Assembly: GCF_004010195.1 (NCBI RefSeq)
Contig: NC_057722.1
Coordinates: 43,036,229-43,100,228 of the forward strand
Direction: 5' to 3'
DNA: 64,000 nt
From: Chiloscyllium plagiosum
Taxonomy: Eukaryota
Below, piece after piece: positions 25,587 through 38,955 of the stretch. A program made the translations under genes and the position numbers. The notes beneath the pieces were generated by a model, which searched no databases, had not been told where the DNA came from, and worked only from the letters and a program-made list of their open reading frames with translations. The stretch's first letter is position 1, and each line of letters starts with the position of its first letter.

Positions 25587-25868
25587 TAGATTAGATTACT
25601 TCCAGTGTGGAAACAGCCCCTTCAGCCCAACAAGTCCACACCAACCCTCTGAAGAGCAACCCACCCAGACCCATTCCCCTACATGGCCAATTCACCTAAC
25701 CTGCACATTTTTGGACTGTGGGAGGAAACCAGAGTACCAGGAGGAAACCCATGCAGACACAGGGAGAATGTGCAAACTCCACACAGTCAGTCGCCCGAGG
25801 GTGGAATTGAACCTGGGTCTCTGGCACTGTGAGGCAGCAATGCTAACCACTGTGCCACCATGCTACCC
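25587..25868 (-). mobile_element. HE1-like V-SINE
   Basis: SINE consensus match with a (tagat)n tail and a possible TSD catgtt (25580-25585 / 25869-25874). Confidence 0.92.
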
Positions 25869-26171
25869 CATGTTGTTGTTTTCTGGTTTTCTGGTTTTCT
25901 GGCGGTTTATGTATCTTCACAGTGATGATGTATGAATCTGCATGAATACATGTTTCTCCTGTGTATAAATATTCCTAAAAACTTAACAACATTTAACCCA
26001 CCCAAAAGATAGACTGTTGTTAAGTTCCAAACCTTATTATCAATAGTAAGTGTCCAAGCAGAATGGAGACCAAAATTAGTAGCCAAAGAATTTGACTCTT
26101 TTTGTTTCTTTTCTTTTTGTGGTACATTTTTCCTGATTGTCATCCTTTGATTTTTACACCAAAAAGGCTTG

Positions 26172-28290
26172 TTTTTATTCATTCAGAAATGTGTGAAGCA
26201 TTGATTGGGCTAGCATTTATTGCTCATCCCTATGTACCTCTCAGAAGTTCTGGTGACATGTGTTCTTGAATCACTCCGATACATTTGGTGTAGTTACACC
26301 CACAATGTCTTTAGGGACAGTATTTCAGAATTTTGCCCTAGTGACACTGAAGGAATGGCAATATATTGTCAAGTAAGGATGGTGAGTGTGTTGGGGGGGA
26401 TCATGTAGGTGGTGCCCCATATATTTGCTGCCTTTGTCCTTCTGGATGGAAGTGGTTATGAATTTGGCAGGTTTTGTCAAAGAAGCCTTTGGGAATTTCT
26501 GCAGTGCATCTTGCCGCTGCTACTGAGCATCAGTGGTAGAGGGAATTAATATTTCTGAATGTGGTTCCTGCTAAATGGGTCACTTTGACCTGGATGGTGT
26601 CAAGCTTTCTCAGTGATATTGGAATTGCAAGTGTTCAGGCAAATGGGAAGTATATCATACACATTCCTGACTTGTGCCTTGATAGTGGACAGACTTTGGG
26701 GAGTCAGGACTCAAGTTATTCATTAAAGAATTCCTAGCCTCTGATTTGGTCTTGTATCCACATTAGACACATGGCTGGTCCAGTTTAGTTTCTGGTCATT
26801 GATAATCCCTAGTACATTAATAATGGAAGGTTCAGTAATGGTTTTGCCATTGAATCACAAAGGATGCAAGTTAGTTACAATTTGGTTGGGAAAGGTCCTT
26901 ATCTAGTACTTGTGGAATCACTTAGTTTTGTCCATCACTAGTTGTTTACATTGTTTGGGATGCTAATTACCCTACTCTGCAGCTTCATTGAGTTGACATC
27001 TCATTTTTAGGTATGCCTGGTGCTGCTCCTGGCATTCTCATTCCTGCACTCTCCATTGAACTTGTGTTGATCCCCTGGCTTGATGGTAATGGTAGAGCAA
27101 GAGTTATGCCATATCACAAGGTTACAGATTGTACTGGAGCATAAATCTGCTACTGGTGATGTCCCACAGCAACTCATTGATGCCCAAACTTGAGTTTCTC
27201 GGTTTATTCAAAGTCTATCCTATTTAGCATAGTGTAGTGCCACACAACATTTTGAAGGGTTTACTCAATGTGAAGTCAGGACTTTGTCTCCATAAAAACA
27301 GTGCAGTGGTCATTCTTACCAAAACAGTCATGGGTAGATACATCCGTGCCAGGCAGATTGATGAGAATGAGATCAAGTATGTTTTTCCCTCTTGTTGGTT
27401 TCCTCATCACCGGGCACAAATTCAGTCTAGCTACGTCCTTTAGAAGTTGACTAGCTAGGCAGTAGTGATGATGTCAAGCCTTTTCTGGTGATGAACATTG
27501 AAGATCTCCAGTCAAAGTTCATTCTGCACCTTTTCCATCTTCAGTCCTTCCTCCAAGTGCTATTCAACATGGAGGAGCACTAACTTATCAGCCAAGTGGG
27601 TTGCTGTATGTGTAATCAGCAGGAAGTTTCCTCTCCCATGTCTGACCTGATGCCATGAGGATTCATGGGGTCCAGATTCAATGTTGAGGACTTGCAGGAC
27701 AACTTCTTCCTAAGTGAATGCTGCCACGTCTTGTGTTTTGCTGGTGGGAGAAGTCTGGTGCTGATGTTGGTTGGGACCTTCTGTGTAAGCTTTGATTCTG
27801 TGACTAGAATTATATTGTTAGGTTGTTGCGTGACTAATCTAAGCTGTTGTGAAACAGCTTTCCCAATTTCGGCACTTAGTCCCCAAATGTTAGTAAGAAG
27901 GATTTTCAGGGTCAACAGTAATGTATTTGCTGTTGTTGCTTCCTGAGCTTTAGTTAATGTCAGGTGGTCTGTCTGGTTTCATTGCTTTTCTTTCTTTCTA
28001 AAGAATGATACAACTGAATGGCTTGATAGTCTATTTCAGAGAGCCAACTACATTGCTGTGGGTCTGAAGTTGTGTGTTCCAGACAAGGACAGCAGTTTCC
28101 TTTCCTAAAGAGCATTAGTGAACTGGATGGGTTTTTATGACAATCGATAATATTTTCATGGTCATCATTCAGCATGTTATTCCAGATTTTTACTGGATTC
28201 AAATTCTAACGTACGCTGCATTGGTACTCCAACCAAACCATTACTTGGGTCTCTTGATAACTCGTCCAGAGACATTGTCATTAGGCCAAC
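26172..28290 (-). mobile_element. LINE-B copy with internal deletion and full tRNA/Deu-like head
   Basis: Collinear with 11168-11950 and 13260-14560. APE start KILLTNIWGL...QQPNNIILVTES (27616-27915). 28035-28290 matches the SINE head. Confidence 0.85.
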
Positions 28291-31200
28291 ATGTTGTTTC
28301 TATGGCAATTAATACATTCCACCAATCGTGTGAGTTTTAGCTTTTTTATGACTTGAATGGTTGGCACTATTAGACATTAATATCATGACAAAAAAAAAGC
28401 ACATACAATGGATTTATCATTTATGATGACAGCTAATAAAGTGGAATGGACAAAACCAATAATTTTTTGTCCAGGTTGCATGGATGAGAATCTGGCAGGC
28501 TAGATTGTGTGTCCTTAATAGAATCCACCTAATGTTCACTCCATTCCTGTCAAAGGAATAAAAATTACACAAGTTCTATACAGGCTGTGTAATTTGCTCA
28601 TTCAGGTTTAAGGCTTAGGCAAAGACAATAAAAATTTACCCAAATATTATTATCATTTATCATATTTAAACACTTTCTTTTCAATGTGTTAATAGATGGA
28701 TTTAGATGTATTCTACTGCAACCAACAATCATAATTCATTGCTCCTATTTAGAATGAGGAATTAAATGGGTTATTTTAACTCTCTTTGTAACAGGAGAAA
28801 CTGAAGGATTAGAAGATATGAAGAACATCTGCATTGCACTAAATGGTTCCACATGCTCATTAATAAGTCAAAAATTACAATTCTTGCATTTATAGAAGTT
28901 TGGCAACATATGCATTATATTAATAGCAAAAAATACATTAATGGATTATGCTAAATTAGTCTACTTTACTTGCAAAGATTAGTTTAATTACATAACTACC
29001 TCCTTGCATTCAAAGTCAATAAACATAAGAAAACTATTGTGGTATCACCACATCCTATATATAGTGGGCTATCTTGGATTAAATGCAAAGAATATTGTCA
29101 TGGATAGGGGAAAGATGTAATTTGAACTCTTTTAATTCTCTTTAACTTCTATCTGTTTGCCAAGGTGACTTATTTTCTCCCCTCTCCTTTAAAATAGATT
29201 GTTGCATGCTTCACCAAGCCTCTGTTTGTGAAGTACAATTTTAAAGTGAGCCATTGAATCAGAAGCATGGTCAATTCATGCATTCAAACGCCTAAATTTT
29301 TTATATCACATGCACAAGTCAACAAGGAAGATAAAAGAAAGGAAGTCATTTACAAATTAGCACAACCTAGAAAAATAGTTATGGGGATATTAAATGATAC
29401 AGTTTTTAGAGCCCAGTGAAGCTTCAGTTCCATAGGAGCTCAGAATCAGGTATATACAAGAGTTGCAGAATTCCTTTTATTGGTGACAAAGATACAATCA
29501 TATGAATTTGACATATAGAGAAACTTGGTCCACTTTTTAGTTAAATATAAGGTTTCCTTTGGAGTTAGACTTTGACAAGGTTTATTTGGATTTGAGGAAG
29601 ACTCAGATAAGCATGGAGTGTGGCTGTGGAGTCATCTGCTAGATTCTTAATACACTGACTTGATGTAAAAAGCAAAGTAATTTGCAAGGGGTCCAGAAAT
29701 TACAATTAATATTTTCAGAAATCAGAGAAGTTTTGGTCATGTGACTGGGTTTCTAGATGAATCACTTTAACAGGGCAGTCTGTACACGACAGGACAAAAT
29801 CAATATTTGCTGTATGAGGCAGATGATAGACTTTTAGAGTCTTGTCAGACATAATGGGTTTTGATAATTCTCATTGCTTACCATACCCTGTTGGCAGTTA
29901 TATATCATTCACTGTTCTTTGTGTTTATGATCATGGTCTCTACACAATGAAAGAATGTGAGATTCTAGGAGAATCGTACCTGAACTCTGTTTTGTTAATT
30001 GCTGACTTAAATTTTCCCTAGATTGTAGTCACCTTGCTTAAGTGAGTAGTTATGTACATATTTTCATCCAGAAATGTCCATTTTAAAATTAAACAACAAA
30101 ATATCAGATTCAAAACAAACTTACAATCCCCTTCAAGTCTTGTGGACCTGACAATATTTATCCTGTAATGGAGCATATGCTTAAAATAACCAATAAAATC
30201 ATCAGTAGCCTGGGGAAGCAATAATTTAACATGCAAGAATGCTGAAAAGAGAATATCCAATTAATACTAAGTATTTAAGTTCTTTTCAGGGTTCTATCTC
30301 ACCATTCTATAACCACTGTATGAGAACAAAGCTCTGAATTTCTATCATATGGAGATCTTCATTATAATAGCAATTGTCAGCAAGAGTTTCCACATGGTAG
30401 ACATTTGCTGAAAGAGATCACATTTTTATCCATGTGGAGATCATTACTGATTGAACAGTCATGCAGAGCAGAAAGACTGAATTCCCTTAAACTATGTGTT
30501 AGTTTTAGTGGACGTTAGCATTGAATGTTGCTGTGAACTTTCCTTACTCTTAACTGAGTTGCAAAATAACTGATCTACATGCCACACTGACATTTACACT
30601 ACTGTCTGAATTTTGTAAGCTGGGTAAAAATGAAACTGTGCTGGTAAAGGCATAAAGGCATCTGCACTATCAACATTGAAGCAATATACATCACATTTTG
30701 ATTGATATTCTACTCTCCACCCCCTTACTTTGAAAAGATTGTTGGCAAAAGGAAACCTTGGCTGGAGGGGTATACAATCTGGCGTATAAACTGCTCTTAA
30801 AAGACTGCAGTTCACTGTAAAAAGGTGAGTTGTAGTCATGAGAAAAGGTGAACTAACTATATTTCATGGCACAGCAGAGACATCTGGGCTCAATATTTCC
30901 CTTTGATATCATGGAGTTCAAGGTGCTGCTGCAGGAGGTTTGTCAAAGCAAGATGGTTTACTCTATGGGGTTGAAGAGAAAAATATAATAACAGTATAGG
31001 CTAAGCTGATTGGAACAAGATCACCAATTGAGTCGACATAGCCAAACTTACAGGCAACAAGAAAGAATCAGGACCTATGTGAAGGTAAAATTATGCTCTT
31101 CATTTTGCTTGTGTTTCTTATGTGAATAATATGGAACAGACTCAAGCTGAAAACCAAGGTATTCAATGAAACATACCAATAGGAACATTGTGTATACGCA

Positions 31201-32639
31201 TTGCCAGTTTGCACCTAGCTTTTAATTGCCTCTCCGAAGTGCACACTTTTCTTGATTACAATAAGCTCCAAGGACAAACGAAAGTAAGGTGCTGTGGCAC
31301 ACCTAAGCTATTGTGAGTCTCTTTTTGAGGTCAACAGGTAGCATTGTTCACACAATTGCCTTCCAACTAGTTTCATTCTTTGAATGCAGACATGGCGGAC
31401 AATAAAAGGTATCATTGCTACTTTCTGGATGGCATTGCTAACCTGCATTATCATGTTTTTGTCCACAGATACAATTATTTTGAGTGCAAAGCTTTCTGTT
31501 CATTATTGTTATGTGGAGATGATGACTTTAATCATTAGTCATTAGTGATATCTTAGGTCTGATTTTAACCCATTCAAAGCCTATTCACTTGCACAGAGCT
31601 AAAATTTGGCACTTTGTTTTTAGAAAAGCTTAACAGAAATAAAACAGAAAAATGATGAACTTCTTTTTGTTACAGCATGAACTGAGAGATGGTGGGAGTG
31701 GGAGTGGAAGAAGAGAGAACACTCTTCACATGAAAATTCTCTGCACAGTATTTTCATTCAACACAATGTTAATATCTATGGTTTTGAAGTGTCATTAAAT
31801 GAAAGGACACTAACATCGAGCTATTTTGCCTCCACCTGTATATGTTCCCTATTCTCTACACCACTTTGTGTAGCTGGACATGAAAGGGATCCTGTCTTAG
31901 CTGCCCTTGCTTGATAAGAGAGAATGCCACAGAATTAGCTTTAGCAATTTGTCTCTGGAACAATAATGCCAGCCGAAGAGGGCACAAGCCTTTTGTCATC
32001 TGAGCAGCAGTGTGTGACATTCATGAGCTCTTCCTCCTTACTTGAAACATCTAAAACATTCATCACTCGGCAAGGGATGTATTCTGCGAAGAACAAATAA
32101 TCGAAGTAGTAGTGGGCTACAAGTCCCCAAACCTGCTCTACCATTTGGTGATATCATGTCATCAATGATAGCAGCCCTTTCTCACTCTATTGTCCCTTCA
32201 TTTTCTCAGAAAATTAATCATCAGCAGCAGAACAACTCCCAAAAAAACAAAAATATCAGAGTTCACAGCAAAAACAAATGACCAAAAACTTAGTAAATCT
32301 GGCTTGGAGACAAGAAAATAAAACATTATGCCTAAATGTTCATTTATGTTAGCAGCTAAGACTTACAATCTCCAGTGCATAAACATAAAAGCAAGTGAAC
32401 ACCAGCCCAGTTGTTGTCCCCAACCCATTCAAGAATTTCATGCATTTCATGTGCGTTTTCCTTTCAGTAAAAGCAAAACCGCATGTGACTGGGAGTCCAT
32501 CAAATCACCTCAAATTTACAAGATGGGAACAAGGCCTTTGGGTCCCACTGCTCCAGGTTTACTTATGCTCGAGTCTCCTCACATCCCAGAAAGAAGTCAG
32601 ATTGGGCTCAAAATTTCTTTTTCTCCCTGCACAGATTCT

Positions 32640-33062
32640 TTTTTTTACTCATTCATGAGAGGAGGGTGTGATTGGCTGATTTGTTGCCCTTGGTAGGTTG
32701 GAAATGGACCACCTTCTGGAACAGCTGCATTCTGTTTGGATTACAAACATCCACTGGTGCTGATGGAAGAGGGTGTTGAGATTTGGACGCAGTGACGTGA
32801 AAGGAATGGTGATATTGTTTCGGGTTAGGATGATGTGTGGCTTGTAGGGGGCACTTGCAGCTGGTGGTGTTCCTGTGCATGTGCCAACCTTCTCCTTCTG
32901 GGTTTGGAATGTGCTGTGGAAAGAACCTTTGTAACTTTCTGCAGTGCATCTTGTAGATGGTACACAATGCTGTCATTCTGTATCACGAGAGAAGGCAGTG
33001 ACTGTTGAAGATGGCAAATGATGTGCCCATCAAAAGGGGTGTTTTGTCCTAGATGGTGCCAG
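32640..33062 (-). mobile_element. LINE-B 3' fragment
   Basis: ALCTIYKMHCRK... and a tail homologous to 11170-11620. Confidence 0.8.
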
Positions 33063-33434
33063 ATCTATTGGGTTTCTCCAGCATTTTGTATTTATTTCAC
33101 TCACCCACTACTTACCATTTTGTCCTATCAGTTTGTTGTTCTCTTCCTTCATGTGTCTAACAAGCTTCCCTTCAAAATGGTTATTCATCTCAACATATTT
33201 TCTGAAGTAGCAAGTTTCATTCTCTGGATGAAGATGTTACTTTAGAATTACTTCTTGGGTTTATTAATGAAAATCACATTTTATGTGTTTTGGCTTCAGC
33301 ACAAGTGTTGCTGACCACTTCTGTTGCTAACCATTCATGACCTTAAAGGAACGTTTACGAAGCATCGAGTTGAGCACTTAAAATGGCAGGCTATAGTAGA
33401 TTATAGACCATGTGCACGTAAATGGAGTTAGTTT

Positions 33435-33746
33435 GGGGCGGCACGGTGGCACAGTGGTTAGCACTGTTGCCTCACAGCGCCAGAGACCCGGGTTCAATTC
33501 CCGCCTCAGGCGACTGACTGTGTGGAGTTTGCACATTCTCCCCGTGTCTGCATGGGTTTCCTCCGGGTGCTCCGGTTTCCTCCCACAGTCCAAAGATGTG
33601 CAGGTCAGGTGAATTGGCCATGCTAAATTGCCAGTAGTGTTAGGTAAGGGGTAGATGTAGGGGTATGGGTGGGATGCGCTTCAGCGGGTCGGTGTGGACT
33701 TGTTGGGCCGAAGGGCCTGTTTCCACACTGTAAGTAATCTAATCTA
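33435..33746 (+). mobile_element. HE1-like tRNA-derived V-SINE, young and full length
   Basis: A box tggcacagtgg, B box ggttcaattcc, V-domain tgtggagtttgcacattctccccgtg...ggtttcctccggg, CR1-shared tail and (taatc)n end. Confidence 0.95.
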
Positions 33747-34589
33747 GTATATTTAGTGTTTCTTGGTCAGCACGGATATAGTGGGCTGTAATGATGCTGT
33801 ATGACCCAATATAAGGCATCAGCATATTATCCAGTGTTAATTGGGGTCTGTACAAGCATGCAGTAAAGAATGATTTTTGTTCCTTAAGTTGCAAGGTAGG
33901 AATCCAGGTATAATGTATTTTTGGACATGCACACTCTGTATGCAGCTGTCAATGTTCCATGCCATCAGCACACCAGGAAAATTGAAGTCTAATAACTTAT
34001 GATAAAATACTCTTATCTGATTCATACTGGGAACAGTGGGACTGCTCATCCTCTCCCTACCAGTAATCTTCAGATTGAGGAAATTCAAGTGGTGCATTAC
34101 TCTTAGCTTCAGTTGTTGTCTTCTAAGACATCCATGTGCTGGCAGTTATGCTGTTTGCTGAGGCTGGTGTTGATCATTCTCCAAATCATGCTCTATCCAA
34201 AACAATACTGCAAGAATGGTACCTATAATGAGCAGACAAAGCTTATACTGGGACAACAAATTTAAATAACAACAAAGAGGAGTAATGTTCTACTCACAAA
34301 TCAAACAGTTGAAGAGTCTGTGGTCCAATAGAGTGCCCCAACATCCAGCCATGTGTTCTCAAAAACTTTTGATTGTAAGACTGAGACCAGATGGGACATC
34401 CATGATTTAGAGTTAAAACGTAATAACGTCAGAATGTTTCTTCAACGTTTTAATTAGCAGTAGATGGTAGGGATTGATGGGCACAGGGTAGGGGGTAGGA
34501 TGAGGTTGTGGGAACCGTGATGATAGAAAACAATGCTGGAAAGTTGTAGGAAATCTCCAGATTTAGCAATGATTTAATCAGTCAATAAC

Positions 34590-34899
34590 TATCACCTTCA
34601 TCCCCACCCCCATTCACCCATTGTACTCTTTGCTACCTTCCCCACTCTCCTCTCTGACCTATCACCTCCATCCCCACCCCCACTCACTTATTATACTCTT
34701 TTCTACTTTATCCCCACCCCCATCCCCCTCTCATTTATCTCTCCACTCTGCAGGCACCCTGCCTCTATTCCTGATGAAGGGCTTTTGCCCGAAACGTCGA
34801 TTTTCCTGCTCCTCGGATGCTGCCTGACCTGCTGTGCTTTTCCAGCACCACTATAATCTAGACTCTGGTTTCCAGCATCTACAGCCCTTGTTTTTACCA
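34590..34899 (+). mobile_element. PLE 3' end (second subfamily) with pLTR
   Basis: Pyrimidine-rich PLE 3' region followed by a pLTR homologous to insertions A-D. Confidence 0.85.
34771..34798 (+). ncRNA. Minimal hammerhead ribozyme motif with canonical CUGAUGA
   Basis: CUGAUGA-A-GGGC(UUUU)GCCC-GAAAC-GUC. Confidence 0.8.
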
Positions 34900-34949
34900 T
34901 TTAACCAGCAAGCAATATCAAGTTAAGTATAAAGTCAGCTCAATGCAGA

Positions 34950-35612
34950 TTATAGGGTTAAAGGGGGGATTCTTGGCAGTGTGGAGGAACAAAGAGATCT
35001 TGGGGTAGATCCCACAAAGTTGCCACCCAAATTGATAGGGTTATTAAGAAGGCATAAGAGCTGTGAAGTTATGTTGCATGGTTAGACCACACTTGGAGTA
35101 TTGCATCCAATTCTGGTTGCCTCATTATAGGAAAGATGTGGAAGCTTTAGAGAGGGTGCAGATGAGATTTACCAGGATGCTGCCTGGTTTGGAGGGCATG
35201 TCTTATGAAGAAAGTTTGAAGGAGCTAGTGTTTTTCTCATTGGAGTGAATGAGGATGAGAGGTGACTTCATATAGGTGTACAAGATGATGAGGCATAGAT
35301 TGGTTATCCACTCTGAAACATTTTCTCAGGGTCAAAATGCTATCATGAAGGGACATAATTTTAAGGTGATTGGAGGAAGCTTTAGGGGAGATCTCAGAGG
35401 TAGGTTCTTTACACAGAAAGTTGTGGGTGTATGGAATGCACTGCTAGCAGTGGTAGTAGAGTCAGATACATTAGGGACATTTAAGCGACTCTTAAATAGG
35501 CACATGGATGATGGTAAAATGTAGGGCATATCAGTTAGGTTGATCATAAAATAGGATAAAAGGTCACACAACATCAAGGGCTGAAGGGTCTGTACTATGT
35601 TCTATGTTCTAA
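34950..35612 (+). mobile_element. CR1 3' end
   Basis: VRPHLEYCIQFWLPHYRKDVEALERVQ...FFTQKVVGVWNAL, with a (ctatgtt)n tail near 35596-35611. Confidence 0.92.
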
Positions 35613-38600
35613 TGTGATCTTTTTCCAAAAATTGAGTCTATTTCAGGGAAGAGCTCCGGATTAGTGATGTCTACCTTATAGTCTACTCACTTGGTAACAT
35701 TCAGATTATGAGATGGGCCTGTAAAAAGACAATCAGAAGCCATTCCTTTCTATTCCATCGTCAAATTTCAAAACACCAGCAAAATAAATTAGGGAACCAA
35801 AATCAGTACAGAGCACTAGATTCTTTTGAAAGAGGAATCCTGGTCCTGGATTTACTGAAACAATTTGTCAGGTTTTTGGGCATGCTGATGTTTTAGTACT
35901 AAATTACTGCTATTATTCAAGGGATGATTATTTACAATTCAAAGTTACCCCACTGCAATTACTTTTTTACACTAAGAAGTATCTGTCATACCATATGTTT
36001 TGTGAATGTTAAGAGTTCTGGATTCTCGGTTACTGTAACATATGTGTGTTCCTACTGATCTGAGGCTTATAGCCTGTCTGTATATGATCCACTGCCAGAA
36101 ATAAAACAAGCTCCACTGCTCAACCTGTTTAGTAATTAAATATTTATATAGTTTCAAAAGCTGCTCTGGGGGAACTATATAATTAGCCACATGCAGTTTT
36201 TCTTTCAGCTGAAAACGTCATTCGTTTTTAAAGCAAAAAGGAGTGGTAACAGACGCGTTTAGGAATGTCTCAGTCTAATCCTTTTGGGAATGCAGCAACA
36301 TTTCCCATTTCTCTTGTCACATGTTGTGTCTGGTTATTCTGACTGTCCACCTGGTAAAATGTGCTAAAGATTTCATGGCATGAGTCAAAATTTACCGTAG
36401 GCATGTTTCTAGTGCTTCAGTCACTCTCTGTTCTAGCAGTTGTTTCATGTTACAGTATTTTGATTTTGTTTGCCAACAATACCAATTAATTATGCCATCA
36501 AAAGTGCCAACACAGTCTATGCTATACATTTTCGTACTCCTTAAAAGGAGTTAAACAATAACATCAAATCACAGAATAATATAGCAAAGAAGGAGGTCTT
36601 TGGCCCATCATATCAATATAGGGCCTTTAGCAGAGCTGTCCAACTATTGACACTATCCCACTCCTTGCCAACAGTCCTAGACATATTTTTCCTTCAACTT
36701 TTTGTTTCGTGATACTATTGACTTTGACTCAGGTAGTTACTCATAATGGGAATGGATTTTTTTTTGTTTTCAAGATCGCTTATACATTTCTGCTTTTACC
36801 TGTTTAAACAGGAAAACTGTAAAGTAACTACTTTGGAATAATAGAAGTCAAGGGAGCACTTGGAGCGCATCACTTATTAATACTGGTGTCAACGGCTTAG
36901 TCTATTTCTACATTGATTGGACCTCATCAGCTTTGGCATTACAAGTCTCTAGTAAGTCTTTGCTGAAACATACAGAGCAGACACAGTCCACCAAAATTTA
37001 ACTGGCTGACGTCATTCCACTAGCATTCTTGAAACTATCCAATTAACAGATCTTTGAGTTATAACATAACTGAATAACTAACCAATTATAGCTCTTTTAA
37101 AACTCCACTTTCTTTTTCTTAATATCCTCTTTCTTCTCAGCTTTAGTTTTACTGTGTATCACAGTGTCTGGCAGTTCACTACAACTAAATTATTGTAATC
37201 TCAGAGTCTGTAAATGACACAATATAGAGCAGAAAACATTTAGAAGCAATATTGGAAACATTATGCATTCAACTCTATAATAAGTCCCACTGTTGAAAAG
37301 TCAATATTTGCTGAAGTGCCTGAATGTGTAGTGTAAGTTTAGATTGGGTTGAAAGAAGAGCGGTTGAAGTTAAAGGTTAAAGATCATAAATTTGAATTTT
37401 CACCACTTACATTCAAGTTACTTATGACTGGAAGGCACTTCTTCATTCATTATTACTTTACTTCTGTGAGTTCTTTTGTAAAGCAGAGAAACTGGTGAGT
37501 AAGGGTTGAATGATGGACGTGTCTTTTGAACTACAAAAATTATGTGTCATTTTCTTATTTTACTTTGTTGCTTTTATCCTAACCTTGCAGAAATTAAGGC
37601 TACGTTCCCAGAGTGCATCTTAAGAATGCAAAGAACTCTTCCATATGATGTATAAAAGAATATACATTTAAAAAGACAGCTTTGATGACTGAAAATGAAA
37701 TAGGTAAATTGACATTTTCTGCCCTTCATTTCATGGAAGCTTGTCTGTTTCTACACCCATTTTTTTTTCCTCTTTGGGATATGTTCCAAACACAGTTGAA
37801 AGGAAAGATTGGTCTCAGCAAAGGTATTTGAAATTGCCAGACAGAAATAAGTGGGAATCGGCTGGTTTGAACTTTATCTTTGTGGTTGCCTTCTTCCTTA
37901 CCTCTGTTCTGCACCTTTCTGCAATTATGTAATTGAGATAGAGAAGGGTTGGTAAATAGGGAAGCAAATGTAGCCTAACCCTCAAGGTCACCAATATTAG
38001 AGCATCTGTCAATTGCTCTACTGTGCTGTTTCCGGTAAATCCATATTTTAGATTTACATTTGTTTTTGATTTACTTTTGTCAGTAATTTCATATTCAATG
38101 TCAGCCTAAGAAAGCTTTGACTATAAGCTGGAAAATGTTTGATTCCCTCACAATTCATTAAACACAAGCATTATAGTTAAATTAACCAGACCTAGGTGGT
38201 GTTAAATGTAAACAGCAGGCAATTTTATAATTGATAATAATCTGGCATAGAAAGGCAATCAAAAATAATAACCAGACAGGACTTAAGTTGCTATCATATG
38301 ACTACACTGGAAAGAGATACATCACAGCTAAATTAAAGTAGAATAGTTTTCACTCTATGGCACAATAGTTATTTAATATTTATTACCTGAGCTCCACATA
38401 AGGGTTGTTCCTTACAAGGTATTGAAATATTGGAAGTAAGGGCCAGAACCTCAGATGAAGAGGGAAAAAAAATGATGGAAAGACCACACTTTGGCTTAAA
38501 AGCACTGTTTAACTGAAACCATGATAAAGATAGGAAATGTATGAAAAATACAGAAAATGCAAGAAGTTAATCTGTGGAAATAGACCTTTTGAATTGCAGC

Positions 38601-38824
38601 ATCTACGCCATCACACATATGCGCAGCTCACCTTAGCGTTGGCCAGCTTCCAGGATTGACTTGGGGTTTCCAGAATTTAAGATCAATCTCTAGGACACTG
38701 CTGAGCGCAATTCTGGAGAAAACTTACAGGGACATTTAAAAAATGGTTCTCGTTGTCACTTCCTTTGAATATTTTTCAATGTTAGATTAAAAACTAAAAA
38801 TAAGTCAGAAAAGATAATGATATT

Positions 38825-38955
38825 GTGAGTGCAAGTACGCCAAACAGACTACAGTGGTTCATGAAGGCAGCTCATTACCACTTTCTCAAGAGCAATTAGG
38901 GGCAGGCAATAAATACTGCCCAGTCAGTGAATGCACATCCCAGGAAGAAATAAAG
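38825..38955 (+). mobile_element. LINE-B 3' tail fragment
   Basis: gactacagtggttcatgaaggcagctca...ggcaataaatactg...cacatccca. Confidence 0.7.
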
